Positions 25,701 to 36,471 of a DNA stretch of 64,000 bases are shown here, piece by piece (the first letter of the stretch is position 1; the number at the start of each line of letters is the position of its first letter). Under the pieces are notes generated by a model. That model did no database searches. It had not been told where the DNA came from and saw only the letters and a program-made list of their open reading frames with translations. The stretch is from Phoronis australis. Lineage: Eukaryota > Animalia > Phoronida. The translations under genes and the position numbers were made by a program. The DNA lies in contig NMRA01000024.1 of the NCBI GenBank assembly GCA_002633005.1, forward strand, positions 1,709,222-1,773,221, in the 5' to 3' direction.

Positions 25701-27776
25701 TGTACAGTCTGTTCTCCACCTGTGTCGCATTTTGACGGGTACCTGTACAGTCTGTTCTCCACCTGTGTCGCATTTTGACGGGTACCTGTACAGTCTGTTC
25801 TCCACCTGTGTCGCATTTTGACGGGTACCTGTACAGTCTGTTCTCCACCTGTGTCGCATTTTGACGGGTACCTGTACAGTCTGTTCTCCACCTGTGTCGC
25901 ATTTTGACGGGTACCTGTACAGTCTGTTCTCCACCTGTGTCGCATTTTAACGGGTACCTGTACAGTCTGTTCTCCACCTGTGTCGCATTTTAACGTGTAC
26001 CTGTACAGTCTGTTCTCCACCTGCGTCGCCTGATTGAATAATGTGAACTTTTATCTTGAGAATGGTTTACAGGGAATAAACCTAAGTGTTGGATCAACAT
26101 GTCTTCGTTTACTTACACGCTAATTTTAAAGTTGGGTGCTCATGTTTTGGCCAAAAACAAATGCAATCAATGTGAACATCCCAGAAATAGGTGCTCATCT
26201 TGTGTCTATCTTTGCTTTCAGCGAGCAAACGTATAGACTATCACAGACTTTGTTCACTAGTCAGACATAAGATGCTCACCTTTTTGCTGAGCATTCATGC
26301 CACTTTTCCATTGTTGCATGCATAGTTACAGAGGTACATTGATGCATAGTTACAGAGGTCCATTAATTAATGTAAAATGTCTCTCCCAGATAACCATGGA
26401 TTTGTACTTTTAGTAAAGATAACATCGAGATAGTTTACTTTTACTTTGGTAAAAAATTTACTCTGATTTCTTTGGAATTTTACCCCACCGCAGGCATTTT
26501 TTGAAAATAGTGTATCCTATCAGAGTTTGTGCCTTCAACGTGTTCAGTGGTTTTGTGAGAAAAATTTCATGGAACTGAGGCAGAAACTCAGGAGCAAAGC
26601 AGATGGAAAATTACAGACCAAAACATGAAAATCAGGTGAAACGTTTTCTCCAAAAATTTTGCTGATTTCCAACAAGGATAACATTTTTTGGAAACTCTCT
26701 TTCTAACTGAACTGATTTTGACAAGGAAGTCGCTGATTATCTCTGTATTGTTAAACATATGAATTTTGAATTCAATTATTGAAGGTGAATACTTATACAA
26801 TACTTGGTATATTGATTTTATCATTTACTAAGAGTCTCTTGGCAATCGTAAGAGAACCACTCACCTGTCTCGCCTTTAACAGGTGCAAAAGAAACTAGGC
26901 AACACACACCTTGCGTTGATGAACTTCTCATGGGCAGTTGACCTTGACCCCAAGGGTGCTAACAACCAGATTAAGGAGGCAATAGACAAGAGATATGTCA
27001 AGGATGACGATATGATGTCTGAGCCAGGTAAGGGACGGTTGGTCATTGCAGGAGGGGTAACTGTAGTGATAGGGTATTACGTGGTCCTGTGATGGGTTGA
27101 TAATGGAAGTGACAGACAACAGTTAAGTCAAGGGTGTCGAAAGATGTCTTCTCGTGTAAGAAGTGGTTGATCCTTGTAGAGGGAGAGGAAGTGTAGTGAT
27201 AGTGTATCATTTGTACTCTTGGCATGTTGATAAAGGAGGCAACGGACCAGAAGTATGTCCAGTATGACTACATGATGTGGGAGCCATGTAAGGAGTGGTT
27301 GGTCCGTGTCGGGTAGGGGGAGTGTTGTAACATTGTGAAACAACTTGTGTAGGTTTGATTATGGAGGAGATAAATGTGTCAAGGACAATATGATGTCAGA
27401 GTCCGTTAAAGGGGTGGTTAGTCCTTAGAGAGAAGGGGAAGTGTAGTGACAGTATGTAACTTGTGGCGCCATCTGTTGTATTAAGGAGATGGAATTAAAG
27501 ATAGATCAAGAATGATGAAGTGATGTCTTCTGCATAGAAATGCCAAGAACCAGCTCATCTGGATTTTACTGATATTGTTTAGCAAAACGTGAGCTAGCTT
27601 TCAGGGATTTAATAGTTGACATGGCAACTTTAATTTCCTGTCTTTCCTGTTCAGGTTCTGATGCGAGTGATGAGGCAGACCCTGTGGTGCTGATGGATGC
27701 TGATGACTTGATGAACATATTTGGCAACGAGAGACACTCAGAGCTGCAGGCCAACGAAAGCGACGAAAGTTTATAG
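10771..27776 (+). CDS. CDC27: Cell division cycle protein 27 homolog (APC3, TPR subunit of the anaphase-promoting complex); complete, 17 coding exons, 811 aa
   Basis: Phase-consistent exons: 10771-10797 (MILVQDPIQ), 14220-14295 (ASIYHALNHYGYTDAIFLAERLHAE), 15489-15636, 15916-16038, 16775-16872 (SLKLNPFLWSSFESLC), 17256-17407, 19150-19485 (LSPLTPSFGILPL), 19903-20009, 20257-20320 (RRSSRLF), 20887-21067, 21817-21989, 22453-22605 (GLEVYSTVLWHLQKEV), 23391-23471 (AWCCAGNCFSLQKEHDTAIKFFQRA), 24409-24654 (YAYTLLGHEYV...RHYNAWYGVG), 25016-25219, 26883-27027 (HLALMNFSWAVDLDPKG), 27655-27776 (LQANESDESL*). Total 2436 nt; motifs are diagnostic of CDC27. Confidence 0.97.
11523..11912. mobile_element. 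Second, inverted copy of the TTAA-flanked MITE, in CDC27 intron 1
   Basis: TTAA-ATGGATACTAAACT...GTTTGGTATCCTT-TTAA; internal blocks (ACTAAAAACTCATAC, TTGGACATTATG, TTTTGAGGGTTGTC) match the reverse complement of 4464-4830. Confidence 0.7.
12495..13825. repeat. Probable non-autonomous DNA-transposon body with a repeated GGGGTACGTACACTAC motif and a ~350-bp internal direct duplication
   Basis: Motif variants at ~12497, 12860, 13132, 13289, 13309, 13476, 13632, 13654, 13806, all in the same orientation; 13013-13325 and 13362-13670 are diverged direct copies. Termini not resolved. Confidence 0.6.
17477..17722. mobile_element. ~245-bp imperfect palindrome (hairpin MITE-like) in CDC27 intron 6
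   Basis: TGATATTAAAGTTAAA...TCTCCTTCGATGGGATGTTGACT pairs with AGTCAACATCCCATCGAAGGAGA...TTTAACTTTAATATCA. Confidence 0.75.
17973..18065 (+). mobile_element. tRNA-derived SINE head (Pol III A and B boxes)
   Basis: A box TGGCTTAGTGG (~17982-17992) and B box GGTTCGATTCC (~18027-18037) at tRNA-like spacing, but no clean cloverleaf; runs directly into a tandem array. Confidence 0.6.
18035..18169. repeat. 31-bp minisatellite running into an assembly gap
   Basis: TCCCACTGAAGCACACTGCTAGATCCTTGAG x4+ up to the N run at 18170. Confidence 0.9.
18170..18551. other. Assembly gap (N run); others at 33317-33544, 50566-50877, 54291-54655
   Basis: Runs of n, mostly bordered by repeats. Confidence 1.
18552..18699. 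repeat. 23-bp minisatellite after the gap
   Basis: CTTGACTGATGCTGTCATGATTA x6+; followed at ~18755-18772 by TTTTATGAAACTGGCCTC, resembling the end of a PIF/Harbinger-type MITE. Confidence 0.9.
20327..20451. repeat. 60-bp tandem duplication just after the CDC27 exon 9 donor
   Basis: ACAATAAGTTCAGTTCTTG(G/A)CTTAGCTTTAGTACCAATCTGGCTATTAG(G/A)ACAGTTACA x2. Confidence 0.9.
21185..21306. repeat. 30-bp minisatellite (x4)
   Basis: AAGCACTTCGTACAGTATGACACTATTCAT repeated. Confidence 0.9.
22095..22153. repeat. Imperfect (GT)n microsatellite
   Basis: Directly visible GT run with occasional GC/GA interruptions. Confidence 0.95.
25556..26029. repeat. 43-bp minisatellite, ~11 near-identical units, CDC27 intron 15
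   Basis: CATTTTGACGGGTACCTGTACAGTCTGTTCTCCACCTGTGTCG repeated head-to-tail with no spacers. Confidence 0.97.
26970..27540 (+). repeat. Degenerate ~130-bp tandem repeat (about 4.5 units) whose first unit spans the CDC27 exon 16 / intron 16 junction
   Basis: ATTAAGGAGGCAATAGACAAGAGATATGTCAAGGATGAC...GAGCCAGGTAAGG...GGTTGGTC...TGTAGTGATAG recurs at ~27099, 27229, 27358, 27480. Confidence 0.8.
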
Positions 27777-29771
27777 CACATGGTGTCCTGTTCAGAATAT
27801 ATTTAAGCAGACATGCATTGTTCAGGCGATTAGAAACTCGGGTCTTCGTAACTTGAAAATCTCCTGCTGTAGCTACCTTTCTTCATTGTGTATTAGTCAT
27901 CGTGTAGGATGAAGGTTTGTCGATTTAAGGGTAAATGAAGAGATGTCAAGTCAAGCTCCAGTATGCAAAATTGATTAAACACACGACACTTGTTGTTTTT
28001 CACAGTCTTTATTCTATTCCATTCGTATGCTGAGAATAAAGCTCTGCGTGATTTTATTTCCACTTGAGAATGAAAAAAATATGTTTTGAAATATCCTGGG
28101 TCTTTTAATCATGTCTCTTGGTCAGTTGCTTCACCAATCGTCTGTGGAGTGTAGAACTTTATTCTGAGCATAAGGGCTGTTAATAACGACAAGTGTCATG
28201 TGTTTAATTAATTTTGCATATCGGAAAACTTGCTTCCGAAGTACAGCCATTTCCTGCTCCAGCATGAATACTGCTCATAACATTGTATCATACTTTAGCA
28301 ATATTTGCATTGCTACCTATTTTGGGATTGCCCTGTTGTTGTCATGGTACAACATGAACGACGCGTTAATAACTGCAAAATGAAATCAGTTTTAAATTGC
28401 TAGTGAATGCCAGTTTTTTTTTTAACCAAAACAACCCTCTGGTAAACGAGAGCTTGTCACACCCCACGGCCTCTTGCATCTTACTCAGGTCCCTGGCATG
28501 AATAAACTGAACTCATGATCGTTATGATTTAAAGGTATCATTTTGGACTTTTTTCTTACTTGATATGTTTCTATGTTTAATATTATAATTTGAAATATCA
28601 CTGAAAAAGCAATCTGCCACTCACTCGCATTACAGTTACCATTGTATGCAGCGATGACATCATGTCAATTTCATCTATCTGAGAATTCTTTTAAATGAGA
28701 CCAGTCACTACAATCCGCGATTGACTTCAGTTTAGTCTGTGTCTGATGTCAGCATCTTGTCCAATTATAATGTATGGTGGTGATGATCAAAGCAGGAAGT
28801 TTGTGTGATGTGCTTTTGATCCCAGTACAAATTATATGTCCTTAGTAAAGCAGTGAAAAGCTTGTCTGTGCCTTTAAGGATTTTGCCTAGTATGTGTTTT
28901 GTGTGAAAACATAGTAAATAGCATTCTGATTAGGAAACAATGGGTTGCCGTTAAATAATATGTTTCTCAAGATGCCGTCAAATGGAGTAACTCATAGTTT
29001 AAGATGGTCATAACAGTTTTTATTTTTGCTCGATAAATAGTTTCTTGTCAGCGATTGTGATAAGATAAATGCGGCAGTGCAATGTGTGGAAAATGAGACG
29101 CACAGTTCTCTTCAAGTTACACTTATTTAGGTCAAAGTGTGGCGGAAAATGGAATTTCTGTTTTTGAGAAATTTCCATTTGGGTGTGGATTGTAATGTCG
29201 AGTTGTTATGGAACAGGATTCGGTAAACTTTGATTTTTCAGTGTTTGAAAGTGCTGAAATTTTGTATTTCCACAATTATTATGCTTAGGATAAATGATGC
29301 AAGTCACTCTAGTTAAAAAATCTGAATCTGAAACCTTTCTTAAAGAGGCATTTCCACTGCAGCTGTTCTGCTGTAAATTTTGATTTCCTGACTGATGAGA
29401 AGTGCTTTAGAGTTGAGAAACATTACCATGCTGATCCAATTTTGAATTGTTGCCGGATTAGTCACAGGCAATGTCTTTGTGCACCATTTTTGAATCCACA
29501 AGTTTGGGGTTAGCTTACCCTTATAAATTCTGAAGTGTTTTCTTGAATCACTGATGGTTTTGATGTTCTTGCTGATGAAAATAGAATTTTAAAATGGCAA
29601 GGAATATCAGAGATTTTTTGATAGTAAAAGGCCTAATTCGGTTTTGATTTTAGCCAGCTTATCAAGGCGAAATGCAGCGCTGACGACCAGCAGTTTGTTC
29701 TGGCATGAAAAGGGCTGTAGTTGATTTACAGGAGAGTGCTATGCACAGATATTTTGTCAAACTGGCAAGTC

Positions 29772-29878
29772 CTGGACGTCTGGAGTACGGCTGGATGTCT
29801 GCAGTATGGCTGGACGTCTGAAGTAGGGCTGGACGTCTGCAGTATGGCTGGACGTCTGCAGTACGGCTGCGGCTGGAT
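29772..29878. repeat. ~19-bp minisatellite downstream of the CDC27 stop codon
   Basis: CTGGACGTCTGCAGTATGG variants x5. Confidence 0.85.
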
Positions 29879-32712
29879 GATGCACGAGTCTCTCAAATGG
29901 ATGATTGGCTGCCACTCTTCATTCTCCAGACATACGGGCGTGGTCTCGTTGGTGCCTGTTCAACACAATATTTGTGAAATGTTATTCAATCACTCCAGGT
30001 GAGGTTTTGGTACTCTAAAGCATCACTAATTTAGGACACAATATGGCTGACGAGTCAAATTTTTATATTCTCGTTTTTCCATAAACAATGTGCAGCACCA
30101 AATTAATGCTTTTCCATGTTGGAGTTATGTATCAAAGCTACTGCCAGTCAACAATGTTTAGAAGCCCTTGAGAAATAAAACTTTTGGCAATTATTTTTGT
30201 TCAAAATAGCCGAGATTTTACCATAACAGTCCATTGTGTTGTATCAGTAGTAATACTTTATAAATCGATCCAATCAGGTCAAGAGATTTCATCATCAGAT
30301 ATACAGTAGGCGAAATTTGCCTTCTCTGGAGGCCCAAAGTGCAGAAACACAAGCATACTGCAGTCTTCGAACCATTCATGCCAGCTTTACTGCATTACCA
30401 TTGATAAGATGACGTAAGGGGGACCAATCACAGGAAATTATCCCCCCCCCCTCCCTACCTAAATCTGCCTGGGGTATTTAGTTTTAATTGGTTGTCTGCA
30501 TGTAGTCTGTGTTAAATGTCATCTTCTAAGAACTGGTGCGCATGTAACAGGGTACTCTGAATATGTACAATATGATGGGAAATTCTGTAACTGGTTTATC
30601 ACTCTGTAAAAACACTGGAGTTTTGATTATACACATGTTTAATTCCAAAGTTGTTTCCTTGAAAGAAACTGGTGTGATTTTGCGTACAAGGAGATGTATG
30701 GCCTGGCTGTGATTGGCAAGCTTACCAACTACGCCTTGTTCTCGTGTGAAAGGAAAAATCCCCGTAGCATATAGCGTAATAATTATTGTAAAATCTGTAA
30801 ATATAATGACACAATTTTTAAGTGGGGCAGATAAACTTGATATTTATGTATGTACGTATCAATGTTTAATAAACAGAATGTCTATTAGTTACTTTTGTAT
30901 TAATGGACAGGAAATCCTGTGTAGTTATATTGTTGAGTGTGTTTTATTTTTTTGTGTCCACCTCTCTACCAAACCGCTCTCATTATCATTATGGGGATAT
31001 GGACTTTTACTTTATTGAAACGCTCAAAGGCCATGGGCCCACAGCACAGAGTTGAATATTTTTACCTATTTACACAAAAATTATTTAAAGGTCAAGTATG
31101 GTGCCAAAATGACTATTTTTACATCTAAAATACATTTATTGATGAAAAACATCAAAATACTGCGTCATAGCATACCCCAGTCGTTAATTACGAACCCCAT
31201 TTAGCGCAAAAAAACTTGAGACGGCGCTCGCGCCAATCGAAGTCTGTGACCTTGTTACCACGAATTTGGCTTTCACCGTGTCTCCACACTAGGAACCACA
31301 CTGGTTCCTAGCGCCACAGTATTGTAATCAGCGATAACTGGTCATTTAATTTAGTGCAAAATACGTGGAAAATCAAGGAAACACATTAATTTTTCATTTC
31401 ATATCAGTTAATATTAAAGTTGATCAAAATCATTACCTTTAGAATTTTTTATTTAGTTATTTAGCACATATTCTAATACGGGCCCGTACATGTATATATG
31501 GGAATCCCCGGGAATGTGAGTCGGAAAAACAAAACGCTTCGTCTATATTGTTATCAGCAATTTCACAATGTTTATTATAAAGATTAATTTGCTTGATACA
31601 AAAACTTTGATGTTAGGAACTTTGCATTCATGTCTTTTTGAAGCCGAAGGTGTGAACGCTGCGCGCTTCCAATACGGGCGGCTGTCGAGAGTGTGTGTGT
31701 CCCGTATATAGGCGACAATAGGCCGTTTAATTTGGTGTAAAATACTTGGAAACGTTACAACACATATCAGCTTGATCTTTTCGTACAAAGCAATTATAAT
31801 CAAATTCATTGAAAACTTTATATTAGAAACTCAATTTTTAAAATAAGTCGCCTTTAAATGCTGCAACCCCGCCGTAGCCTACTCGCCGCCATTTTGACTC
31901 GGTCAACCTAAAAAAATTGAAAATTCACACAACTTTGTGAGTGTCTGTAATAAATTAAAACTGTCGGATTGCATGAAAATATACCCAATTATAAGAATTT
32001 GTAATCAATTGAACGTTTTAAATCCACTGAGTATCAGAATTCCGTTAGGCCTACGGGAACGACCCAATCAGACAGAATATTCCGGATTTGGACCGGATTC
32101 CCCATACTCTGGGCCGGAACAGTACATGCGAAACGTCGAAGTGCACACTGCATATTTTTTGTAGCCAGCCAGCTACGTGTTTGAAGACTATCGCCAAAAT
32201 ACAGCAAGGTAACACTATGAACTGAGTTCTGTTAACCATGGACCCCGGGCCGACACAAGGTGGTAAATTAAACTTTGATTTACTGGCCCAGAAAGAAAAT
32301 TCAAGAGTCCTAAAGTGCTTAGTTTTTCGCGAGAAATTGGGTTAAGCAGGTGCATTGTTTGAATAAACTTTAGTTTTTTTACCAGTTGACAGGCACGTAG
32401 TACGTTTTATGACGAGGTGTCATTAAAGGCCGGGGGCGGGATCTACGGGACCAACGGCAGCGCCAAGCAGCTGGCCTGAATTGAATGGGCTATTGTGTTC
32501 GCATCAGCAAACTCCAACCGTCGGACGATGGTCGTCAATTTTTAGCTGGACAGGGTGCGTCATGTACAGTGTGAATCCGGCAACGTCAGTTCTACTCAGT
32601 TAAGGGTAGAAAATTTCAAGCTCATTTTGCACAAACCAGACAAAAGATGTTGAGTGAATTCCTTTTTCATGCAGCCTTAATATGAAACTAAACGGAGCTG
32701 TTCCAACCCAAA

Positions 32713-32905
32713 CAGTGGCGGATCTAGGATATCACAAGGGGGGCCAGTATTTTGTCCGGCTGTAAGCATTTGCGCAAACCACGATTGTAGATGCGCATAG
32801 CACCGAATGGGGGGAGGTCGCCGGAGCGGGGCAAACCCCCCTCCCGCCCAGGAAATTTTTCTGTTTTTTCCTCTAAAAATCAAGCATTTCTGTTCCTTGA
32901 TTTCT
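32713..32905 (+). mobile_element. End of a GC-rich CAGTGGCGGATCTAG-type MITE
   Basis: CAGTGGCGGATCTAGG...G-runs, followed by GGGGCAAACCCCCC and an AT-rich tail; a pattern common in invertebrate non-autonomous DNA transposons. Related-style ends at ~33545-33558, ~40606-40655 and ~42088-42128. Confidence 0.45.
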
Positions 32906-32964
32906 GATGTATTATCCAAGAAAAAAGAAAAAAAAAACACGGAGAACGTGTCACACAGGAAAAT

Positions 32965-33032
32965 TGCGAGTTTCACAGACTCAAACCCACGACATAGACG
33001 ATAGGACGCGCGTGCTTTACCACCACACCACT
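32965..33032 (-). mobile_element. Degenerate tRNA-derived SINE head
   Basis: Minus strand GTGGTGTGGTGGTAAAGCACGCGCG...CGTGGGTTTGAGTCT: A-box- and B-box-like motifs at tRNA spacing, no intact cloverleaf. Confidence 0.4.
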
Positions 33033-34049
33033 ACGACTTTACTAATAAACTTAAACTAAGAGACCTACTTGTTTATGGTCTACAAACGTTTGCGCGCGAA
33101 ACCTACCTCTTTTTGTAATGCTTATTACACGTTTTATATTTTGTGCAATCGGTTCTTAACAAATTTGTTGTATTTAAAATAGTCTTCAAATGCCCAAAAG
33201 ACCAAATCCGATTTTCGTGTTGGCAATAATGACGGGATTGCTTTGGAAATCGTCTTAAGTTAAGGTTTGACAAAGAGAGAATTAATGAGTTTCTGAGTGA
33301 TTCACTAAGGCTTCGANNNNNNNNNNNNNNNNNNNNNNNNNNNNNNNNNNNNNNNNNNNNNNNNNNNNNNNNNNNNNNNNNNNNNNNNNNNNNNNNNNNN
33401 NNNNNNNNNNNNNNNNNNNNNNNNNNNNNNNNNNNNNNNNNNNNNNNNNNNNNNNNNNNNNNNNNNNNNNNNNNNNNNNNNNNNNNNNNNNNNNNNNNNN
33501 NNNNNNNNNNNNNNNNNNNNNNNNNNNNNNNNNNNNNNNNNNNNTAAATCCGCCTATGCCAAAAGCGCCACCTTCGCTGGTCAGTTCCCCGGCCCAGCCA
33601 GCACGCACTCAGGGTACGTATACGCGCAGTGGCACGCCATGCGCTTCTCAGTCGGAAGCGCTCTCAACTCAAGTTGAGTTGGTCGATATGTACACTCGGC
33701 AGTCATTGGTTAGCTTTACAACAACGTGAAAAATGGCGGGCTGTGAACGATTTTTAGCCTTTACAAGTGGCGTCGCCGCAACTATTTCGTTTCTGCAGTG
33801 ATGTTTAATAGCCGCGTGCTTGAAGTACAATAAACACATACCGGTGTGACGGTGTGTAATTCATACTGTATGAATACAGGACACTAGGCCTACCGTAAAC
33901 AAAAGTCATCGACAGTAGAAAGATGCATTCCGAAAAGACGCAATACAAATTTCTAGGCTTCACATTTCCTGAACATAAATTTTAAGCACCGACTTGTCTG
34001 CACAACAGACCACTGACATTTAGGCCCACTCGTACGGCGGGTACCACCA

Positions 34050-34948
34050 CCTCTGAAGGATTGGGGACGATGTTGGTCACTACTATGTTCTGAGGACAAG
34101 ACAGTTCTAGAGCAAGAGGAAATCGAAGCCATCATAAGACAACTGTCGCCATTGCCGAGCTCATCTAGGCACTCGATATCGAGGGCAGAAACAGCGGCTG
34201 TCATCACTTCATCAGCCTACAAGAGAAAGTTAGAAGGAGCAAAGGCGAAGAAGACATCACAGTCAGCAAAGGAAAAAGCACAGAAAAAAACCCCGCAAAT
34301 GTAAACCCCAAGAGTTTGACGAGATGTGTCTGGTGTGTGGAGAGCCATACAGTTGTTCAAGACCTCGGGAAGTGTGGCTGCAGTGCCAGAAGTGTCACAA
34401 CTGGGCACATGAGGCCTGCACACCTGGTTTGCCCATCTTCGTGTGTCCCACCTGCGAATAATTATAACGACTGTTACTGTGTTACGATAAATTTAAGGTA
34501 GTTGTTGTGGTTTGTTGAAAAAAGTAATGCGCATTTATTATGATGTGCGTTTTTCTATAAATACACCAGCTTGTTAGCATGCAGTACTCGAACATTGACA
34601 TTTTACTGAACTTAAACACTCATAAAATTGATATTTTAAAACTTTTTTGAAAATTTATTTAACTTTGCATACTTGAGGTACTGTGTCAATCAAACATGGG
34701 GCATAACGCCCATGACAGGCCTCTTGCCTCCTGTGAAAAGGCGTTTTGCCCCGGGCATGGGGCAAAAAGGCCAAATTTGGTTTTTTAGTTTTTGATCTGT
34801 GATTTCTTTACGGTTAAGAATACCTGCGTATGTTCGACATATAATGTAGAGCCTTCTAACCCAAATCAAATGCAGTTATTTCGAAGTATTTCTGAGGAAG
34901 AAAAACAGGTTTTTGCTTAATAGGGGCGTTTTGCCCCATGTTACACTA
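34050..34948 (+). mobile_element. 3' remnant of a pogo-like (Tc1/mariner superfamily) transposon: transposase C-terminus with PHD finger plus right terminal repeat
   Basis: Plus-strand translation ...IRQLSPLPSSSRHSISRAETAAVITSSAYKRKLE... then a frameshift into CLVCGEPYSCSRPREVWLQCQKCHNWAHEACTPGLPIFVCPTCE* (34327-34461, C4HC3 PHD); subterminal GGGGCA(T/A)AACGCCC motifs at 34697-34770 and end GGGGCGTTTTGCCCCATGTTACAC-TA (34923-34948). DDE domain not seen. Confidence 0.8.
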
Positions 34949-35699
34949 CTCTTTTGCAGGTTATTGTGAAATTTTACAAGTGTTATATAAATGTGGCAAC
35001 AACTGTCTACGACGTTTGGACGACATCTCTGACTACTGTTGCGCCCCTTAGTGGCCACTTTAGTTTTTACGTCTGTCTGTTTCTTTTGGGTCCCTTGAAG
35101 GATTTTCGTGATATTTGACTTACAAGTTTCTGTTATGAAGGCGACAGCACTGTGCAGGTCGAAATTGTCACATCGTTCCAAGTTGCCACAGCTTCAAAAC
35201 TGTGACCCTTTGGGTAGGGCTGCAGACCCTAATTGTCTAAACAATTTTGTGTTTGTGTGTCAATTTGGGTCTGTACCATAGTACAGGCTCCAATTGTAAC
35301 AATAACGAAAAATGTGTTAGAACATTATACTTGCAATAAAAATTAAATGATCCCGCAAAAAGGTACCCGTTATTAATCACAGAATGAAAACACTGTGTGC
35401 TGTTTTAAAACTGATTTCTACGAAGGGGTTCACAGGTGTACCTGGGGCAGTCGCCAGATTCAAGCGTGTGTCCAAATTGTCCCAAGTTTGAAGTTGCGAC
35501 AATTTGGAACGGTGCCACAACTTGGGTCTCACGCAGCACCTTTGCATTTTTGGATGAAATCGACGTATTGTATGTCTCTAGGTGGTTATTTTTACTATGC
35601 TTGAGCCGTCTGTCTTTGCATTCTCCAACCCTCTCCGAGGATCAATACAACAGTTGTATACCTACTGACAAGAGCACGACTGACGGGCATTTCAGATGG

Positions 35700-36062
35700 G
35701 TACAACTACTGTGATGCCCCCTGGTGACAATGTTTGTATCTGCAGCTGTATCTTCTAAATTCCATTGCTTGCAAGATCATTTGCAAGCTCAGCAAGTGTA
35801 TTCCTATTAACTTTCCATCAGATAGATGTGTTAGACTACCGCTTCGCCTCCTACTAATTCCAATTTGTTTTTAAGTTCGTCTCAGTACTCTTTGGATTTC
35901 TGTGACTGATTTTCATGAAATTTAGCAAATAGCCTTCTCTTCGCGAGACGTGTTTGACGTATTCTGCCCTACCTATTGGCCATTTTATGATACAAACAAA
36001 CACTCCTAGAAACACACCGTGTGCGGTGCAGTCGTGGGCCCATTCGCTCCTCATTGCTCTTG
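35700..36062 (+). mobile_element. Degraded 3' end of the HINE/Helentron-type family seen at 50-55 kb
   Basis: TTTTCATGAAATTTAGC...TGGCCATTTTATGATACAAACAAAC...CGTGGGCCCATT...TTGCTCTTG matches 55033-55124. Confidence 0.65.
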
Positions 36063-36471
36063 GTACTAGAATAAAAACGACGAACATTAGTCAAAATAGG
36101 TGCGTTAGGTTTCGATTCTCTGGTACCGGATGACGAATGATTATAGTCTTTGAACCGTGGTAGACAATGGGGCTATTCGGAAAATCTACAATAACTAGAG
36201 GGCGTGCGTGTACTAGTGGTGAATATATCTTCAACTCGTTAACAAAAGGAGCAGATGACCTGGTTCGTGTAGAAAGCATTATCAACAATTTACAAGAAGA
36301 AACGTAACCCTGCATTCACCATAATACCTAATCCGTAACACTACGATCGCCGCAATTTGGTCATATTTACTTTTTATGTTTCGAACCTAGTTTTCCAAAA
36401 AAAAACTTATAATATCCTTTCGTCAGACAACTCTTTAGTGCATTGACTTGTTCTCTAATGTATTTTTCTAT

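Noticed and set aside
25524-26020. Three overlapping 136-158 aa repetitive ORFs on the minus strand
   Set aside because: Artefact of a stop-free 43-bp minisatellite in CDC27 intron 15.
31085-32700. CG-rich region with GCCGCCATTTTG and TTAAAGG starts, possible promoter or Kolobok-type element
   Set aside because: No matching terminal repeat pair and no linked coding exon could be established.
32713-33558. CAGTGGCGGATCTA / TAAATCCGCCTATG as the two ends of one element
   Set aside because: Ends match imperfectly, no target-site duplication, and a gap separates them.
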